64,000 nucleotides of DNA, from contig NIVC01000900.1 in assembly GCA_002269645.1 (NCBI GenBank), forward strand, positions 462,117-526,116. Direction: 5' to 3'. Positions 63,790 to 64,000 of this stretch are shown here, piece after piece; within the stretch, counting starts at the first letter, position 1, and each line of letters starts with the position of its first letter. Made by a program: the position numbers and the translations under genes. The DNA is from Macrostomum lignano (taxonomy: Eukaryota). Under the pieces are notes generated by a model. The model saw only the letters and a program-made list of their open reading frames with translations. It made no database searches and was not told the DNA's origin.

Positions 63790-64000
63790 TCAAAATCCCA
63801 AATCCTCAACTGTAGGATACCAAAAATCCCCAACTGGAGAATCCCCCAAATCCACAACTGGAGAATCCCCCAAATCCTCAACTGAAGAATCCCCCAAATC
63901 CCCAACTGGAGAATCCACAAAACCCCTAACTGGAGAATCCCCAACTGGAGAATCCTAAAATTCCCAACTGGAGAATCCCCAAAATCCCCAACTGGAGAAT
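63790..64000. repeat. ~22-bp minisatellite in BSDC1 intron 3
   Basis: Unit approximately CCCAACTGGAGAATCCCCCAAAT. Confidence 0.85.

Overview
Eukaryotic (animal) genomic DNA: GC-rich, polyQ-rich exons with GT-AG introns, set in AT-rich, tandem-repeat-rich sequence. The style resembles the flatworm Macrostomum lignano, but this is inference only. Five spliced protein-coding genes can be reconstructed by hand. (1) An RPRD2-like CID/CREPT gene (+, 7573-11163; first exon not found). (2) An ALKBH3-like Fe/2OG dioxygenase carrying two N-terminal C2H2 zinc fingers (+, 12219-15366). (3) A TASK/SUP-9-type K2P potassium channel (+, 33242-47484). (4) An ATF2/ATF7/CREB5-family bZIP factor (-, 54385-51226), with a 1-nt frame break at an overlapping ATGA stop/start. 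(5) BSDC1 (+, from 61611, running off the window). Mobile DNA comprises two copies of a hAT-type MITE (14-bp TIR, 8-bp TSD; one sits inside a dead mariner), a 1.45-kb deleted hAT element inserted into a 28-bp minisatellite (perfect 8-bp TSD), a decayed mariner and two RTE-LINE fragments. Most long ORFs in the supplied track are translations of tandem repeats. The most notable observations are the zinc-finger/ALKBH3 fusion with its triplicated E2F/CHR-like upstream module, the ATF2 stop/start junction, and the fact that every intron above ~250 bp contains its own tandem array(s), several built from splice-signal-like units.
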